Shown here in pieces: positions 1 to 10,011 of a stretch of DNA of 64,000 nt (its first letter is position 1; the number at the start of each line of letters is the position of its first letter). A program made the translations under genes and the position numbers. Source of the stretch: a bacterium (GTDB lineage: Bacteria > Hinthialibacterota > Hinthialibacteria > Hinthialibacterales > Hinthialibacteraceae); contig CAXXMV010000008.1 of assembly GCA_963662285.2 (NCBI GenBank), positions 1,184,001 to 1,248,000 on the forward strand, given 5' to 3'. The notes below the pieces were generated by a model. It was not told the DNA's origin. It was given only the letters and a program-made list of their open reading frames with translations, and did not search any database.

Positions 1-1
1 T

Positions 2-202
2 GTATTATCAAAACGGTACAAAGATAAAGAAGGCATATGGAAAAACAGTAACACATTAGATGTCAATGATATTCCAAAAATGATTGTCGCTTTGTCACGA
101 GCGTATGCTTATATGACCTGTATTGAAACAAATCCTCAAGATAAAGAAATGTTTGGTATGGGTTATCAGGAGGTTGATTCATTGTTTGCATATCATTGTT
201 AA
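2..202 (+). CDS. 5'-partial small protein, putative PC4/SSB-like DNA-binding protein (not in ORF track)
   Basis: Frame 2 is open from the window edge: VLSKRYKDKEGIWKNSNTLDVNDIPKMIVALSRAYAY..., resembling a recurrent 'RYKDKxGxWKxxxxxxxNDIPK...AY' small-protein family of integrated elements; TAA at 200-202. Confidence 0.6.
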   Translation, partial: VLSKRYKDKEGIWKNSNTLDVNDIPKMIVALSRAYAYMTCIETNPQDKEMFGMGYQEVDSLFAYHC

Positions 203-423
203 TTTATTTTAATGCTCTTTTTGTATATCTCAAGAATTCATCTATTACCCGTTTCCATACTGATTCCGGTGTTTCCAAGTCTTCAAAGCAGCCGTTTACG
301 GGTGGAGTGATCGTAAAAAATTTTTGTTGCGGAAATTTTCATTTAGGAAATTTGCTCCTCTTTTAGGAAGATATGAGGCCGTAATCCGAAAGATTTATAT
401 AGTAGAATCGCTACCACTGAGTA

Positions 424-933
424 GTGATGCCAATGAACTCCAACCAAGACTATGCAAACAATCCTCCCTGGTACATGACTATCCAGATGCCTGGTTATAA
501 AAATGAGAACGAATCATCCCTAATAAACCGAAACATTTATTTTGATCCTCTATCTGATATGCAACATGAGAAGATCGATCAGGCCGACCGATTGCTCAAT
601 CACACCGCTAAGGCGTTGCTGACCCGAACCTCCCTGGAGCGATCACATTCCAGGGAAAGAGACGATGAGATAAGCCAAGTACGCAACCATTTGGCTCAGT
701 TCAGCGACATGCCTTTCGGCGTTAATCAAGCCAGGGACGGTATGCGCTGGAGTATGGAGCAGAATCTGATGGCTCTCTCACGCGAAGACCGCCAAGCGCA
801 GATGTCGTTCTGGAACGACTTGTGGACGATGTCCCGTGAGCTGCTCACGTGCGTCGATTCGCATGAGAAACTCAACCGCCGTAAGAACATGATGAATCCG
901 CCGGTCATTGAAATGATGTCTCAAATTCCATAA
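424..933 (+). CDS. Hypothetical helical/coiled-coil protein, probable partner of the downstream ATPase
   Basis: 169-aa ORF, helical, ending in a '...FWNDL...REL' segment; abuts the ATPase gene; start codon uncertain. Confidence 0.65.
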   Translation: MMPMNSNQDYANNPPWYMTIQMPGYKNENESSLINRNIYFDPLSDMQHEKIDQADRLLNHTAKALLTRTSLERSHSRERDDEISQVRNHLAQFSDMPFGVNQARDGMRWSMEQNLMALSREDRQAQMSFWNDLWTMSRELLTCVDSHEKLNRRKNMMNPPVIEMMSQIP

Positions 934-945
934 AGGTGATCTGCT

Positions 946-2955
946 ATCCTCGATGAAAAACTACTATTTGAACTAAAACCTATTTTCGGAGATATTATTG
1001 ACCGTCTCTGGCGCGTCTACAACCTAGGCGATGCCGAAGAACGGCAAGAAGTGGAGCAGATGGTGCGGCAACTGCATATGGAATCGCTCCGCAGGCGTAT
1101 TGATGATGAAGGCATCAACCTGCGTCCGCCCCCGCCAGAGGTTATCGAAGGTGAGTATCCTGTGGGATGCGTGCTCTATAACGGTGAGTTGCGCGGCGAT
1201 TTTGGACTGCGGGAAGATGAATGGCTCCAGCACGTCGCGATCGTGGGCCGGAGCGGTAGCGGAAAAACAAACACGGTTTACATGCTTATCGCTAATTTAT
1301 TGCAAAAACGTATTCCCTTTCTGATTACCGATTGGAAGAGGAACTATCGCCCCATTATTTCTCCAAACAGTGAATTTCCCGTGTTGGTCTACACGGTAGG
1401 CAATCCACTTGTCCCTTTCCATTTTAATCCTCTGATTCCCCCGGAAGGTACGGAACCCACCGCCTGGCTCAAAAAACTAATTGAAATTCTGGCTCGGGCC
1501 ACGTTCGTCGGCGAGGGCGTCATGTACTTGCTGCAACAGGGCATTGATAAACTCTATACAGAAAGCGGCGTCTATTCCGGAAATGTTGTGCGTTACCCCA
1601 CAATGAAGGATCTCACAGATGTCATGGGTAAGATGAATGTTTCGGGCAGGGCCGCCAACTGGATGGCATCAACTCAAAGGGCGCTTTCGGCGTTATCGTT
1701 CGGAGCCATGGGAAGCGTGCTCAACACCCAATCCAACACTGGTCTGGCCGATCTGCTGGACAAACCGGTCATTTTAGAACTGGACGCGCTCACATCCACT
1801 GATAAATGTTTCTTTATCGAATCGCTCTTGCTCTGGATTCACCATTACCGATTGAACCGAAACGAACAACGCGAGAAGTTCAGACACGCCATTATCATCG
1901 AGGAAGCACATCACATTCTCAAGAAAAAAGAAGCCAGCGCTCAGGAAAGCGTTACGGAAATGTTATTGCGCGAAATAAGAGAATTAGGCGAATCTATTAC
2001 ACTTGTAGATCAACATCCATCACAGATTTCATTACAGGCCCTTGGTAATACATACTGCACTTTCACCATGAATTTGAAATCGCGTGAAGACGTCAATGCC
2101 GCTTCAGGGTATCTGATGTTTGATGGAGAAGAGCGCAAATGCCTGAATCGGCTCGAAGTCGGTCAGGCCATCGTTAAAATGCAGGGCAGATGGACCAAAC
2201 CTTTTTTGATTATTGTCCCACATATTAAGCAGAAGCAACAGGTGGTTTCAGATGAAGATCTGCAAGAATACATGAGACCATATTCCACAGATTCCGTTGA
2301 AGAAGAGCCACTACAAGGCAATTCCATGGAGATTTCGCTGGAATCACTGCCGGATAGTAAAGAAGATGAAATCCCTTTGGATGATATGAAAAAAGCTTTT
2401 CTGGAAGATATCCAGGAGAATCCATTGTCAGGAGTTGTACAAAGATATAAGCGGTTGGGACTGAGCCGAAGGAAAGGCAATGTAGTCAAGGAAGATTTGC
2501 AAAGCCGGGGAATCATTGCGCCAGTGGAAATCCTGACTCATAAGGGAAAAGTCGTCCTGTTAGAAATCAAAAAGTTCAATCATTATAATCCCATTCAATT
2601 ACAAAATCATTACAGAAATCCTGGCATCGTTCATGAATACTGGCGATCGAAAATCGCGGAGTTTTATCAGCAGCAAGGTTATTCAATCATTTCAGAACAC
2701 CAACTGGAAAGCGGTGATTATGTCGATCTGATTGCAAACAAAGGCAATGAGACTATCGCCATTGAGATCGAGACGGGTAAATCGGATATTGTTAAAAATG
2801 TCCAAAAGAATCTGGACGCCGGATACGAAAAGATTGTAATCCTTGGCGTTGATATTGAAAGCACTCATAGAATCCACACCAAACTTGGAGAGTTGCATAG
2901 GCAATACTCCAATCGAATAATAATCAGCAATTGCGCTGATGCAATAAGAACATAA
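946..2955 (+). CDS. HerA/VirB4/FtsK-like P-loop ATPase (DUF87-type) with C-terminal HTH-like and PD-(D/E)XK nuclease-like domains
   Basis: Walker A GRSGSGKT, Walker B IIIEEAH, DQHPS motif; C-terminal YVDLIA...IAIEIETGKS. Frame is open from 940; first canonical start is GTG 1051, but the SD (AAGGTGA, 933-939) points at ATC 946. Confidence 0.85.
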   Translation: MLDEKLLFELKPIFGDIIDRLWRVYNLGDAEERQEVEQMVRQLHMESLRRRIDDEGINLRPPPPEVIEGEYPVGCVLYNGELRGDFGLREDEWLQHVAIVGRSGSGKTNTVYMLIANLLQKRIPFLITDWKRNYRPIISPNSEFPVLVYTVGNPLVPFHFNPLIPPEGTEPTAWLKKLIEILARATFVGEGVMYLLQQGIDKLYTESGVYSGNVVRYPTMKDLTDVMGKMNVSGRAANWMASTQRALSALSFGAMGSVLNTQSNTGLADLLDKPVILELDALTSTDKCFFIESLLLWIHHYRLNRNEQREKFRHAIIIEEAHHILKKKEASAQESVTEMLLREIRELGESITLVDQHPSQISLQALGNTYCTFTMNLKSREDVNAASGYLMFDGEERKCLNRLEVGQAIVKMQGRWTKPFLIIVPHIKQKQQVVSDEDLQEYMRPYSTDSVEEEPLQGNSMEISLESLPDSKEDEIPLDDMKKAFLEDIQENPLSGVVQRYKRLGLSRRKGNVVKEDLQSRGIIAPVEILTHKGKVVLLEIKKFNHYNPIQLQNHYRNPGIVHEYWRSKIAEFYQQQGYSIISEHQLESGDYVDLIANKGNETIAIEIETGKSDIVKNVQKNLDAGYEKIVILGVDIESTHRIHTKLGELHRQYSNRIIISNCADAIRT

Positions 2956-2986
2956 AACAAACAACTAAGACAAAAACCGCAAAAAT

Positions 2987-3254
2987 ATCGAAGAGTGATC
3001 ATGCCGAAAGGCATCCTCTTTGGTACTGATGCAAAACCGCTGGATGAACCGGAACGGGGCCGAAAACCTTGTTCCGGTGATTTCAGCACTGTCCAGCTGT
3101 CATGAAATGAAAGGCTGTGAACGCAACTAACAGATGTAGAAGGTTCTCTCTTTCTTGGTAACACCCTTTATCAAAATCCTGTAACCGCATGAAACCGTAA
3201 AGGAACCGGGCGGAACCGCCCGTTTTGAATAGATCCGCCCAGACTTTTCTGGGC
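2987..3254 (+). other. Structured intergenic region with four hairpins (candidate ncRNA, leader or ssDNA origin)
   Basis: Stems at 2987-3024 (ATGCC-GAAA-GGCAT, GNRA loop), 3039-3087 (ACCGGAAC/GTTCCGGT), 3207-3222 (CGGGCGG/CCGCCCG), 3237-3254 (GCCCAGA/TCTGGGC). Confidence 0.5.
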
Positions 3255-3348
3255 AATTTAATTTTATACCCAAATTCAATAATGCCTGGACACTTCAGGA
3301 AACAAGTGACCTGAAGGTCCATGCAAACAAAACATTGGAGAAAGAAAA

Positions 3349-3600
3349 ATGATACGACCAGCCAACCAAACAACACCCACCATCCACGTCATGACTTGTG
3401 GCGTGCAAGCCGAATTGACACCTGAAGAGATCGCCTGGGCTCACCAAGAGCTCATGAAAAAGATGAAAACGCCCGATCCAGACAATCCTAATATGTGGGT
3501 AACTGAAATTAATGGCCACAAGATCTGGGGCATTCTGGATGAAGGCGCGGGTCCAAACGGGGAAAACGTATTTACGATCCTTTTCCCTTCAGAATATTAA
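3349..3600 (+). CDS. Small plasmid/phage-type hypothetical protein
   Basis: GGAG SD; ends in IW...TILFPSEY, a C-terminal motif seen in small mobile-element proteins. Confidence 0.7.
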   Translation: MIRPANQTTPTIHVMTCGVQAELTPEEIAWAHQELMKKMKTPDPDNPNMWVTEINGHKIWGILDEGAGPNGENVFTILFPSEY

Positions 3601-3614
3601 AGGAGGTGAAAGCG

Positions 3615-3836
3615 ATGATCGTACGTGGAATCATAACCCAGGAAGAGAAAGAGCGCATCAAAAAAGCGTCAACCCAACACCAGTTAATTCATGGCCAATC
3701 CGGAGAATTACGGATCTGGACCGAAGAAACACCCGACGATAAAGCGCTTTGGGTGGAATTGGATGTCAATGAAGAAATGATGGAATATTTAGAACGAACC
3801 GGATTTTTCGATGAAGCTGACACCAAGTCAAATTAG
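3615..3836 (+). CDS. Hypothetical protein
   Basis: Strong AGGAGGT SD at 3601-3607 before ATG 3615; operonic spacing. Confidence 0.65.
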   Translation: MIVRGIITQEEKERIKKASTQHQLIHGQSGELRIWTEETPDDKALWVELDVNEEMMEYLERTGFFDEADTKSN

Positions 3837-3927
3837 CCAAAACGTTCAGGAGGTAAAACCATCATGCAAAACAGTGAAATCAAATCACGTCAACATTTTC
3901 AATTTCAACAGAAAGGAAAAACCAATC

Positions 3928-4164
3928 ATGAGTATACAGGAAATCAAATGCCCTCATTGCGGGAACAGCGATATTGGGCGCATTCAACACTGCACGACAT
4001 TTCCCAGCAGCTACTACCGCAGATTACTCCGTGAGAAAGACGACTCCATCTGGGCTGACGATTACGTCAACGATGTCGTCGAAAATGTAGAGGCGTTATC
4101 AAAAACACTCTTATGTGAAATCTGTTACAAATTCTTCCCCGATCCCGGCATTCAGATCGAATAA
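3928..4164 (+). CDS. Small zinc-ribbon protein
   Basis: AAGGA SD then ATG 3928; CPHC...CEIC cysteine pairs. Confidence 0.65.
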   Translation: MSIQEIKCPHCGNSDIGRIQHCTTFPSSYYRRLLREKDDSIWADDYVNDVVENVEALSKTLLCEICYKFFPDPGIQIE

Positions 4165-4263
4165 TTGTTTTGTCGCCAGTTAACCATTCAAGAACCCGAA
4201 CAATTCCCGAGGTGAATAAGCGGAATTATCCGGGATTTTTCATTTTAAAGGAGGAATAAAAAG

Positions 4264-5562
4264 ATGATCGTTACGCTTGAAACAGTCAGAAACGTGCTGA
4301 AGGAAGCCTTGGGCTTTAACAGCTTCGTCGCCGGTTTCATCAAGTCGATCCATCAGGACGATACCATACCAACCGCTTGTATCCGCAAGGATGGGGTGTT
4401 GATCGTCAACCCGCAATTCGTTAACCGGTATATCGAGAGCCAGCCGGACTTGTTTTGTCTGGTATTTCACGAAATCCTGCATCCTTTGTTCGGCCATTTC
4501 ATTTATAAAACCGGACAATTGGAAAACATCGCCGCTGACGCCATTATCAATGCGGCGATCAGCCAGCTTTACCAGAATCACTCCCAGCAAGGTCATTTGT
4601 TCACCAAACTCTATCAGTCAACTGACCTCGAGGGGCTGTTAAGACCTTCCAGTACGATGGAGCATGGCCGCTATCACTGCGTGTACGACCAGTTGTATAG
4701 CCCTGGCTGGCATTGTGACTCCTTAACCACCGGAGAATTGATCCAAACCCTCAAAATCCTGACTCCAGGAGACCAATCGGACAATATCCTATTACTTGGA
4801 ACGCATGGATTTGGCCAGTCGCCTGATTCAGTCAGCATTGATCCCTTCGATCATGACGATCTGGCATCGATAGCTCTGGATATCCAGAGTAGCCTTAATC
4901 GGCAAAAGAGCAAATTCCCCGGTCATGGTTCGATGCTATTGGATTTGATCATGGAAGCGCTCACAACCCGGATTTCCATCAAACGGGCGTTGTTAAGCCG
5001 GTTCACAACCAAACAGAAAGTTGACCGTTTTAAGATCACCAGCCAATCCCTACGCCTGACCACTTCACCTTTCCCCGTCAATCCTTCAAAACGCGACCTG
5101 GTTTTATTGTCAGCAGGAATCTACCCCTTCCATTTCCATAACCGTATTATCACTCAAAAGCACCGCCATGAAGGCCTCGCAGTGTATTTAGACGTATCCA
5201 GCAGCGTCGAGGATTATTTACCGAAGATTATCGGTATTCTCAAACAGTTCCAGAATGAAATCGACAGTATTTTCTTGTTCAGCAACGAGGTCGTGGAAAT
5301 CTCATTTCATCATCTGCTCAAGGGAGAGATCACAACAACCTGCGGAACCGATTTCAATTGTATCGCCGAATCGATCCTGAAACGGGGATTCAAAAAAGCC
5401 ATTATCATCACCGACGGATACGCTTGGATGAGCGAGAATTTGAAACAGAAATTGGAAGAAAAAAAACTTTCCACATTGACCATTCTTTTCGATAGCAATC
5501 AAAACTGTGAAGCATTCGCACCGTTTGGCGATGTGGTCCAACTAAATGATGTCTGCCTGTAA
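4264..5562 (+). CDS. DUF2201-like metallopeptidase-VWA protein
   Basis: IPTA motif, HEILH zincin motif, NIAADAIIN; C-terminal VWA with DVSSS, GTDF, IITDG; AGGAGG SD. Confidence 0.85.
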   Translation: MIVTLETVRNVLKEALGFNSFVAGFIKSIHQDDTIPTACIRKDGVLIVNPQFVNRYIESQPDLFCLVFHEILHPLFGHFIYKTGQLENIAADAIINAAISQLYQNHSQQGHLFTKLYQSTDLEGLLRPSSTMEHGRYHCVYDQLYSPGWHCDSLTTGELIQTLKILTPGDQSDNILLLGTHGFGQSPDSVSIDPFDHDDLASIALDIQSSLNRQKSKFPGHGSMLLDLIMEALTTRISIKRALLSRFTTKQKVDRFKITSQSLRLTTSPFPVNPSKRDLVLLSAGIYPFHFHNRIITQKHRHEGLAVYLDVSSSVEDYLPKIIGILKQFQNEIDSIFLFSNEVVEISFHHLLKGEITTTCGTDFNCIAESILKRGFKKAIIITDGYAWMSENLKQKLEEKKLSTLTILFDSNQNCEAFAPFGDVVQLNDVCL

Positions 5563-5577
5563 AGGAGGTAATTCACG

Positions 5578-5772
5578 ATGAAAGTCTATGTCACCATCGA
5601 AACATATCAATGTATTGTTGTTGACGTTCAGGTCTTCCGAAACGAAAAAACCGCCGGGCAATTGGAGGAAGCATGGCGTAAGGAGCGGAAGATCACCAGT
5701 GAAGATGAGCTGGAGCATGAATCCGGTGAAGGAAACGAATTTCACGTTGAAGAATGTGAATTGAAACCGTAA
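5578..5772 (+). CDS. Small acidic hypothetical protein
   Basis: AAGGAGGT SD; 64 aa. Confidence 0.65.
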   Translation: MKVYVTIETYQCIVVDVQVFRNEKTAGQLEEAWRKERKITSEDELEHESGEGNEFHVEECELKP

Positions 5773-5795
5773 TACGTAACTGAATCAAAGTCATT

Positions 5796-5835
5796 AAAAG
5801 GGGAGACGTCTCGAATCGGGGTGTCTCCCCTTTTT
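5796..5835 (+). terminator. Rho-independent terminator, possibly bidirectional
   Basis: AAAAGGGGAGAC...GTCTCCCCTTTTT inverted repeat. Confidence 0.75.
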
Positions 5836-5885
5836 GTAAATACCACCAATTCAATAAAAAATCAAAAATAAAAGGAGAAACGATC

Positions 5886-7379
5886 ATGTTACTCGAACCA
5901 CTAGGAATCTACGGATGGAAAAAACGGGATGAGAATTTGGTATTAGCGTCGCTTTTAACGGGTGATCCCTTATTGCTTATCGGGAATCACGGATGCGCCA
6001 AGACTCATATCGCCAACAAGATCGCCCAGGCGCTCGCCAAGCCATTTCTGGCTTACGATGCGTCCAAGGCGATGTTCGAAGATGTGTTGGGTTATCCCAA
6101 CGTGGAGAAGCTGCAAAAAGGGATCGTTGAATACGTCCCCAGTCCGGTCACGGTCTGGGACAAGGAGATCATCCTGATCGATGAATTGAACAGAGCGATT
6201 CCGGAACTTCAAAGTAAATGGCTTGAGCTTATACGCAGCCGCAAAATCATGGGCTTTGAGACTAAGGTCAAATGGGTCTGGTCGGCAATGAATCCAATGA
6301 GTTATGCGGGCGCCCAAGCACTTGATGAAGCGCTAATTGGCCGGTTCGCGCTGTTCCTCTATCCGCCGGACATCCTGCAGATGGACGAATCAGACCGGAT
6401 TCGGGTTACCACCCATATCAACGGGGATGACGCCCCCAGTTTGAACGAATGGTCTTTAAAGCAAGACATCAAGACGGTCTTCCAAGTAGAGGTTTTGAAA
6501 ACCGGTATCAAAATTCAGGATATCTTAACCAAAGCGGCGGAGTATTTCTACCAGCTGCGCAGCGAAATGAGCGCGCTTTCTGAATTCCTGGCGAAATTCG
6601 CCTGCCTGGTACTGAAAGAATCCAAAGAAGAGATCACTTTGGATGGCCGGAGAATGGGATTCATTTACCGGAATATATTAGCCAACCGATCGGTGGAAAT
6701 GGCCCAAAGGGATATTTTAGGGCTATCGATTCCTACCCTGGCTGAGTCAGCCAAATACGTGGTGCAGTCCAGTATCCCTATTGGGCTGAATGAGGCCTCT
6801 GTCAATCGGGAAGAAACGTTGCATACGATCGATGTTTGTTTCGATCTTCTCAGCCAGTATTTTGATGAGAATTCACAGATATGGAAAGTCGATCTGATTT
6901 ACGAGTTGTTTACTACCCCTGATTTAATCCGTAAAGCCCAGATTTTGCTCACTGAAGAATTGGGAGATTTGGTTCATTCCAAGGCCTGGAACGATCTGGC
7001 CGATCGGGAAGAGCACATCACCTTATTGGCCTATACCGCTTTACAAGCTGAGACAGAGTGTCCGGGAATCATACCCAAGGAGCTGCTGGATAAATTAAGC
7101 CGCAAAATCGACCCCAAAGACCTCTCCACCGAGTCATTCAAGTCATTAAAAAACGAATCAATCGAGTGGCTCGATGAAATTGAAAATCTAATTCAACAAC
7201 GATCTGGATTGGAACGGTTGATCGCTATTCAGCGGGTAGAAGCATTAGTAAAGAATGGAATCGTCACCCAATCGGATATAGAAGAGACCAAACAGCGAAT
7301 CGAAGGGGATTTGCGAACTTATCAAATTCTCATTCAAAACGCAAGGAAAGCATCAAGCGCAAAGGAGGCGGCAGCATGA
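5886..7379 (+). CDS. MoxR-family AAA+ ATPase
   Basis: Walker A-like GNHGCAKT, Walker B LIDELNRA, sensor AMNP, ALIGRF; AAGGAG SD. Confidence 0.85.
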   Translation: MLLEPLGIYGWKKRDENLVLASLLTGDPLLLIGNHGCAKTHIANKIAQALAKPFLAYDASKAMFEDVLGYPNVEKLQKGIVEYVPSPVTVWDKEIILIDELNRAIPELQSKWLELIRSRKIMGFETKVKWVWSAMNPMSYAGAQALDEALIGRFALFLYPPDILQMDESDRIRVTTHINGDDAPSLNEWSLKQDIKTVFQVEVLKTGIKIQDILTKAAEYFYQLRSEMSALSEFLAKFACLVLKESKEEITLDGRRMGFIYRNILANRSVEMAQRDILGLSIPTLAESAKYVVQSSIPIGLNEASVNREETLHTIDVCFDLLSQYFDENSQIWKVDLIYELFTTPDLIRKAQILLTEELGDLVHSKAWNDLADREEHITLLAYTALQAETECPGIIPKELLDKLSRKIDPKDLSTESFKSLKNESIEWLDEIENLIQQRSGLERLIAIQRVEALVKNGIVTQSDIEETKQRIEGDLRTYQILIQNARKASSAKEAAA

Positions 7380-8764
7380 TTAATTCAGTTAAACTCTGGT
7401 TGGAAAACGATCCCGTCATCCCTCAACTCAAACGCTTGCATTATGAAACGATCAATGTTTCATTGTCCGATGTTTTGCATAAAGGTATTCAACCCTGTAA
7501 ATGCGGCTCAGTCGTTGTGGGTCATAGTATGCCTTCAATGATTAAAGATATTCTTGATCAGGAAGAGTATCGAATCAAGGAATTAAAGCCGTTAGGATTG
7601 AATCAAGACATCGACAATCACCTCACCGGATATTTGAGTTTTATGTCCAACCATTTCAAAGAACTGATGAAATGGACTCATTCCAATGTCTATTTTGTGG
7701 AGTCGTTACAGCCCAAAGAAACCATTGAGTATGCCAAGCGTTTATTACGAACCCAATGGGATCGTAAAATAGTTCGAAATATTTTGCGGCATAGAAACAT
7801 GAGTTTCAATGATGTTCGACGGTTGATTAAGCGAAAAGATCCAACCATCACATTGCTGAAGAATGTCGATTTGGATGAACGTGATTTTAGCCGAATTTTG
7901 GATGTGGATGATTTCAATGACTATGACATGTTGTTGGTTAACAATGCATTTTACCAACAGTATTTTCGCTCGATTCATGTATTGGATCAGATAACCGATA
8001 ACTATGGGCATCTGCGATTGGTCGATAGTATCTCTCATTTTACAATCACGCTCGACGCCTCCGAATCCACAATCGATTATAACTGTCATTGCCAGGATGA
8101 AAAAGTCCGTTTTACTCCTGATGTTAGCAAGGACAATGAAGAACGTAAAATCGCTCAGGCGTTTGCCAAGCAATGGCGAATCGATGAGGGGCGATATTGT
8201 TTCACGACAACGATTGACCGGGTCGAAAAAATGATTGGACAGGATTCCATTCGGATTTATTTTGATCAGCTTGAATATGAGAAACCGGAAGCATTTCCTG
8301 AATCCTTCGCACCGATCGCCGATATTCGGATTCCTCAATACGGTCTTGATAACTATTTTACTGAGAATTCCACGATTCCAGATATCAAAGGAATTCTTCA
8401 ACAACATGGCATCGGTGTGAGTGGACGTAAAGAATCCTTACTCAACAAAGCCGCTCAGCTGGTGGAATTGGTTTATCTGAAAAAAGAGGCTGAATTGGAT
8501 GCGTTTTTTGCTGCTACCCGGTTTATCTTCATCCCTTTTAAGGACAAATTCGAAAAAAATGAACAACAATACCAGCCGTTTCCAGTGTTGGATAAGGATA
8601 GCCTGAATCAGTTTGTCCTGGCCATGTACATCACACGGCATCTGCGGGGTAATACCATCCTGGACGCCGGTCACTGCAACGATTCTTATTCGCTGGTTGC
8701 ATTGGCGAAGGCCCTCATCCACAAAAACATAGATTTAGATGGGATGTTCTTGAAAATGGAGTAG
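7376..8764 (+). CDS. Hypothetical protein with an internal SAP-like helix-extended-helix motif
   Basis: ATGA overlap with the MoxR gene; STIPDIKGILQQHGIGVSGRKESLLNKA fits the SAP consensus. Confidence 0.7.
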   Translation: MINSVKLWLENDPVIPQLKRLHYETINVSLSDVLHKGIQPCKCGSVVVGHSMPSMIKDILDQEEYRIKELKPLGLNQDIDNHLTGYLSFMSNHFKELMKWTHSNVYFVESLQPKETIEYAKRLLRTQWDRKIVRNILRHRNMSFNDVRRLIKRKDPTITLLKNVDLDERDFSRILDVDDFNDYDMLLVNNAFYQQYFRSIHVLDQITDNYGHLRLVDSISHFTITLDASESTIDYNCHCQDEKVRFTPDVSKDNEERKIAQAFAKQWRIDEGRYCFTTTIDRVEKMIGQDSIRIYFDQLEYEKPEAFPESFAPIADIRIPQYGLDNYFTENSTIPDIKGILQQHGIGVSGRKESLLNKAAQLVELVYLKKEAELDAFFAATRFIFIPFKDKFEKNEQQYQPFPVLDKDSLNQFVLAMYITRHLRGNTILDAGHCNDSYSLVALAKALIHKNIDLDGMFLKME

Positions 8765-8804
8765 TGCTTTGTCACGATTCGTGCGCTAACACAATCAATC
8801 GAAT

Positions 8805-8890
8805 AAAAAGGGCAGGATGAGATGGATGTTTATTCTCGTCCGGCTTTTTGATTTGGTCACGCAAGCCCCGGCTTTATGCCGGGATTTTTT
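8805..8890 (+). terminator. Two tandem hairpins with T-tracts
   Basis: GGATGAGA/TCTCGTCC stem followed by TTTTT, then CCCGGC/GCCGGG stem followed by TTTTTT. Confidence 0.55.
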
Positions 8891-8913
8891 ATGTTAAAGA
8901 AAGGAATTTCGAT

Positions 8914-10011
8914 ATGAACACCGTTACTTGTCAACTCTGCGGAGAATCGATTCAAGGAGCCTTGTATGGGCACTTGGGTGAACAACACAGCATCGCAGCT
9001 CAAGAATACCTAACCCAATATCCAGGCGCTCCCTTGGTCGCTCCGGAACTGCTCAGTCAGATCCAATCAGGAAAAGTTGTTAAACGAACACCAGTTCAAG
9101 CAAGCGAGGAATTCCGCATACATGATACGGTTCTTAGAAAAAGAAATGGGGCCAGCCCCATAGTGCCTAACCTCGATCCGCATTATCAATTCCCACCAGA
9201 GGCCGCCTATCTGATCCAATCCATCAACCACAAAGAACATGTGATGATCGTTGGTCCTACCGGCACGGGGAAATCTTCACTGGTTATGCAGCTCGCAGCG
9301 CAGTCCAATACGCCCTTGCGCCGCTGCAACCTCAATGGCGAGACCACGGTATCCGACTTTCTCGGACGTTGGACGGTGCGCGGTAAAGAAATGATTTACA
9401 GCGAAGGCATCCTGCCCACCGCTATGAAGAATGGCGATTGGCTGCTGCTCGATGAGATCGATGCTGCCCTGCCCCAAATCCTCTTTGTGCTCCAGAGCGT
9501 TCTGGAAGAATGCGGCAAACTGGTGCTCATGGAAAAAGATGGCGAGGTTGTTGATCCCCATTCCGATTTTCGTATCATCGCCACGGCCAATACGATCGGT
9601 AATGGAGATGAAACCGGGCTTTATGCCGGTACTCAAATCCTCAATGAAGCTTTCAAAGACCGCTTTGCCACAGTCATCTATCTGGATTATCCGGATGAGA
9701 AGACCGAAACCGAAATACTCGCCAAGAAAATCTCCAATCTTAAAAAGACTGACATTGGGAGATTCGTTAAATGCGCGCGCCAGGTTCGGGAAGCCGCAGA
9801 GCGCGAAGAGTGCTATTGCAGTTTTTCCACCAGACGGTTACTCGCATTCGCCAGGAAGTACGATCACCTTGGCAACCTGACAAAAGCTCTTGAACTTACC
9901 GTTCTCAACAAACTCTCCCGGGACGATCGGCGCGTGGTCGAAGAGATCGCGCAGCGGCATCTGGGAGACCTGATGAGCGCAAATCCCTCGAAAGGAGCCA
10001 GTCAATCATGA
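8914..10011 (+). CDS. CbbQ/NirQ/CobS-like AAA+ ATPase with N-terminal C2H2-type zinc finger
   Basis: CQLC...HLGEQH...EYLTQYPGAPL; GPTGTGKS; LLLDEID; ATAN; DRF; STRRL; AAGGA SD before ATG 8914. Confidence 0.85.
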   Translation: MNTVTCQLCGESIQGALYGHLGEQHSIAAQEYLTQYPGAPLVAPELLSQIQSGKVVKRTPVQASEEFRIHDTVLRKRNGASPIVPNLDPHYQFPPEAAYLIQSINHKEHVMIVGPTGTGKSSLVMQLAAQSNTPLRRCNLNGETTVSDFLGRWTVRGKEMIYSEGILPTAMKNGDWLLLDEIDAALPQILFVLQSVLEECGKLVLMEKDGEVVDPHSDFRIIATANTIGNGDETGLYAGTQILNEAFKDRFATVIYLDYPDEKTETEILAKKISNLKKTDIGRFVKCARQVREAAEREECYCSFSTRRLLAFARKYDHLGNLTKALELTVLNKLSRDDRRVVEEIAQRHLGDLMSANPSKGASQS

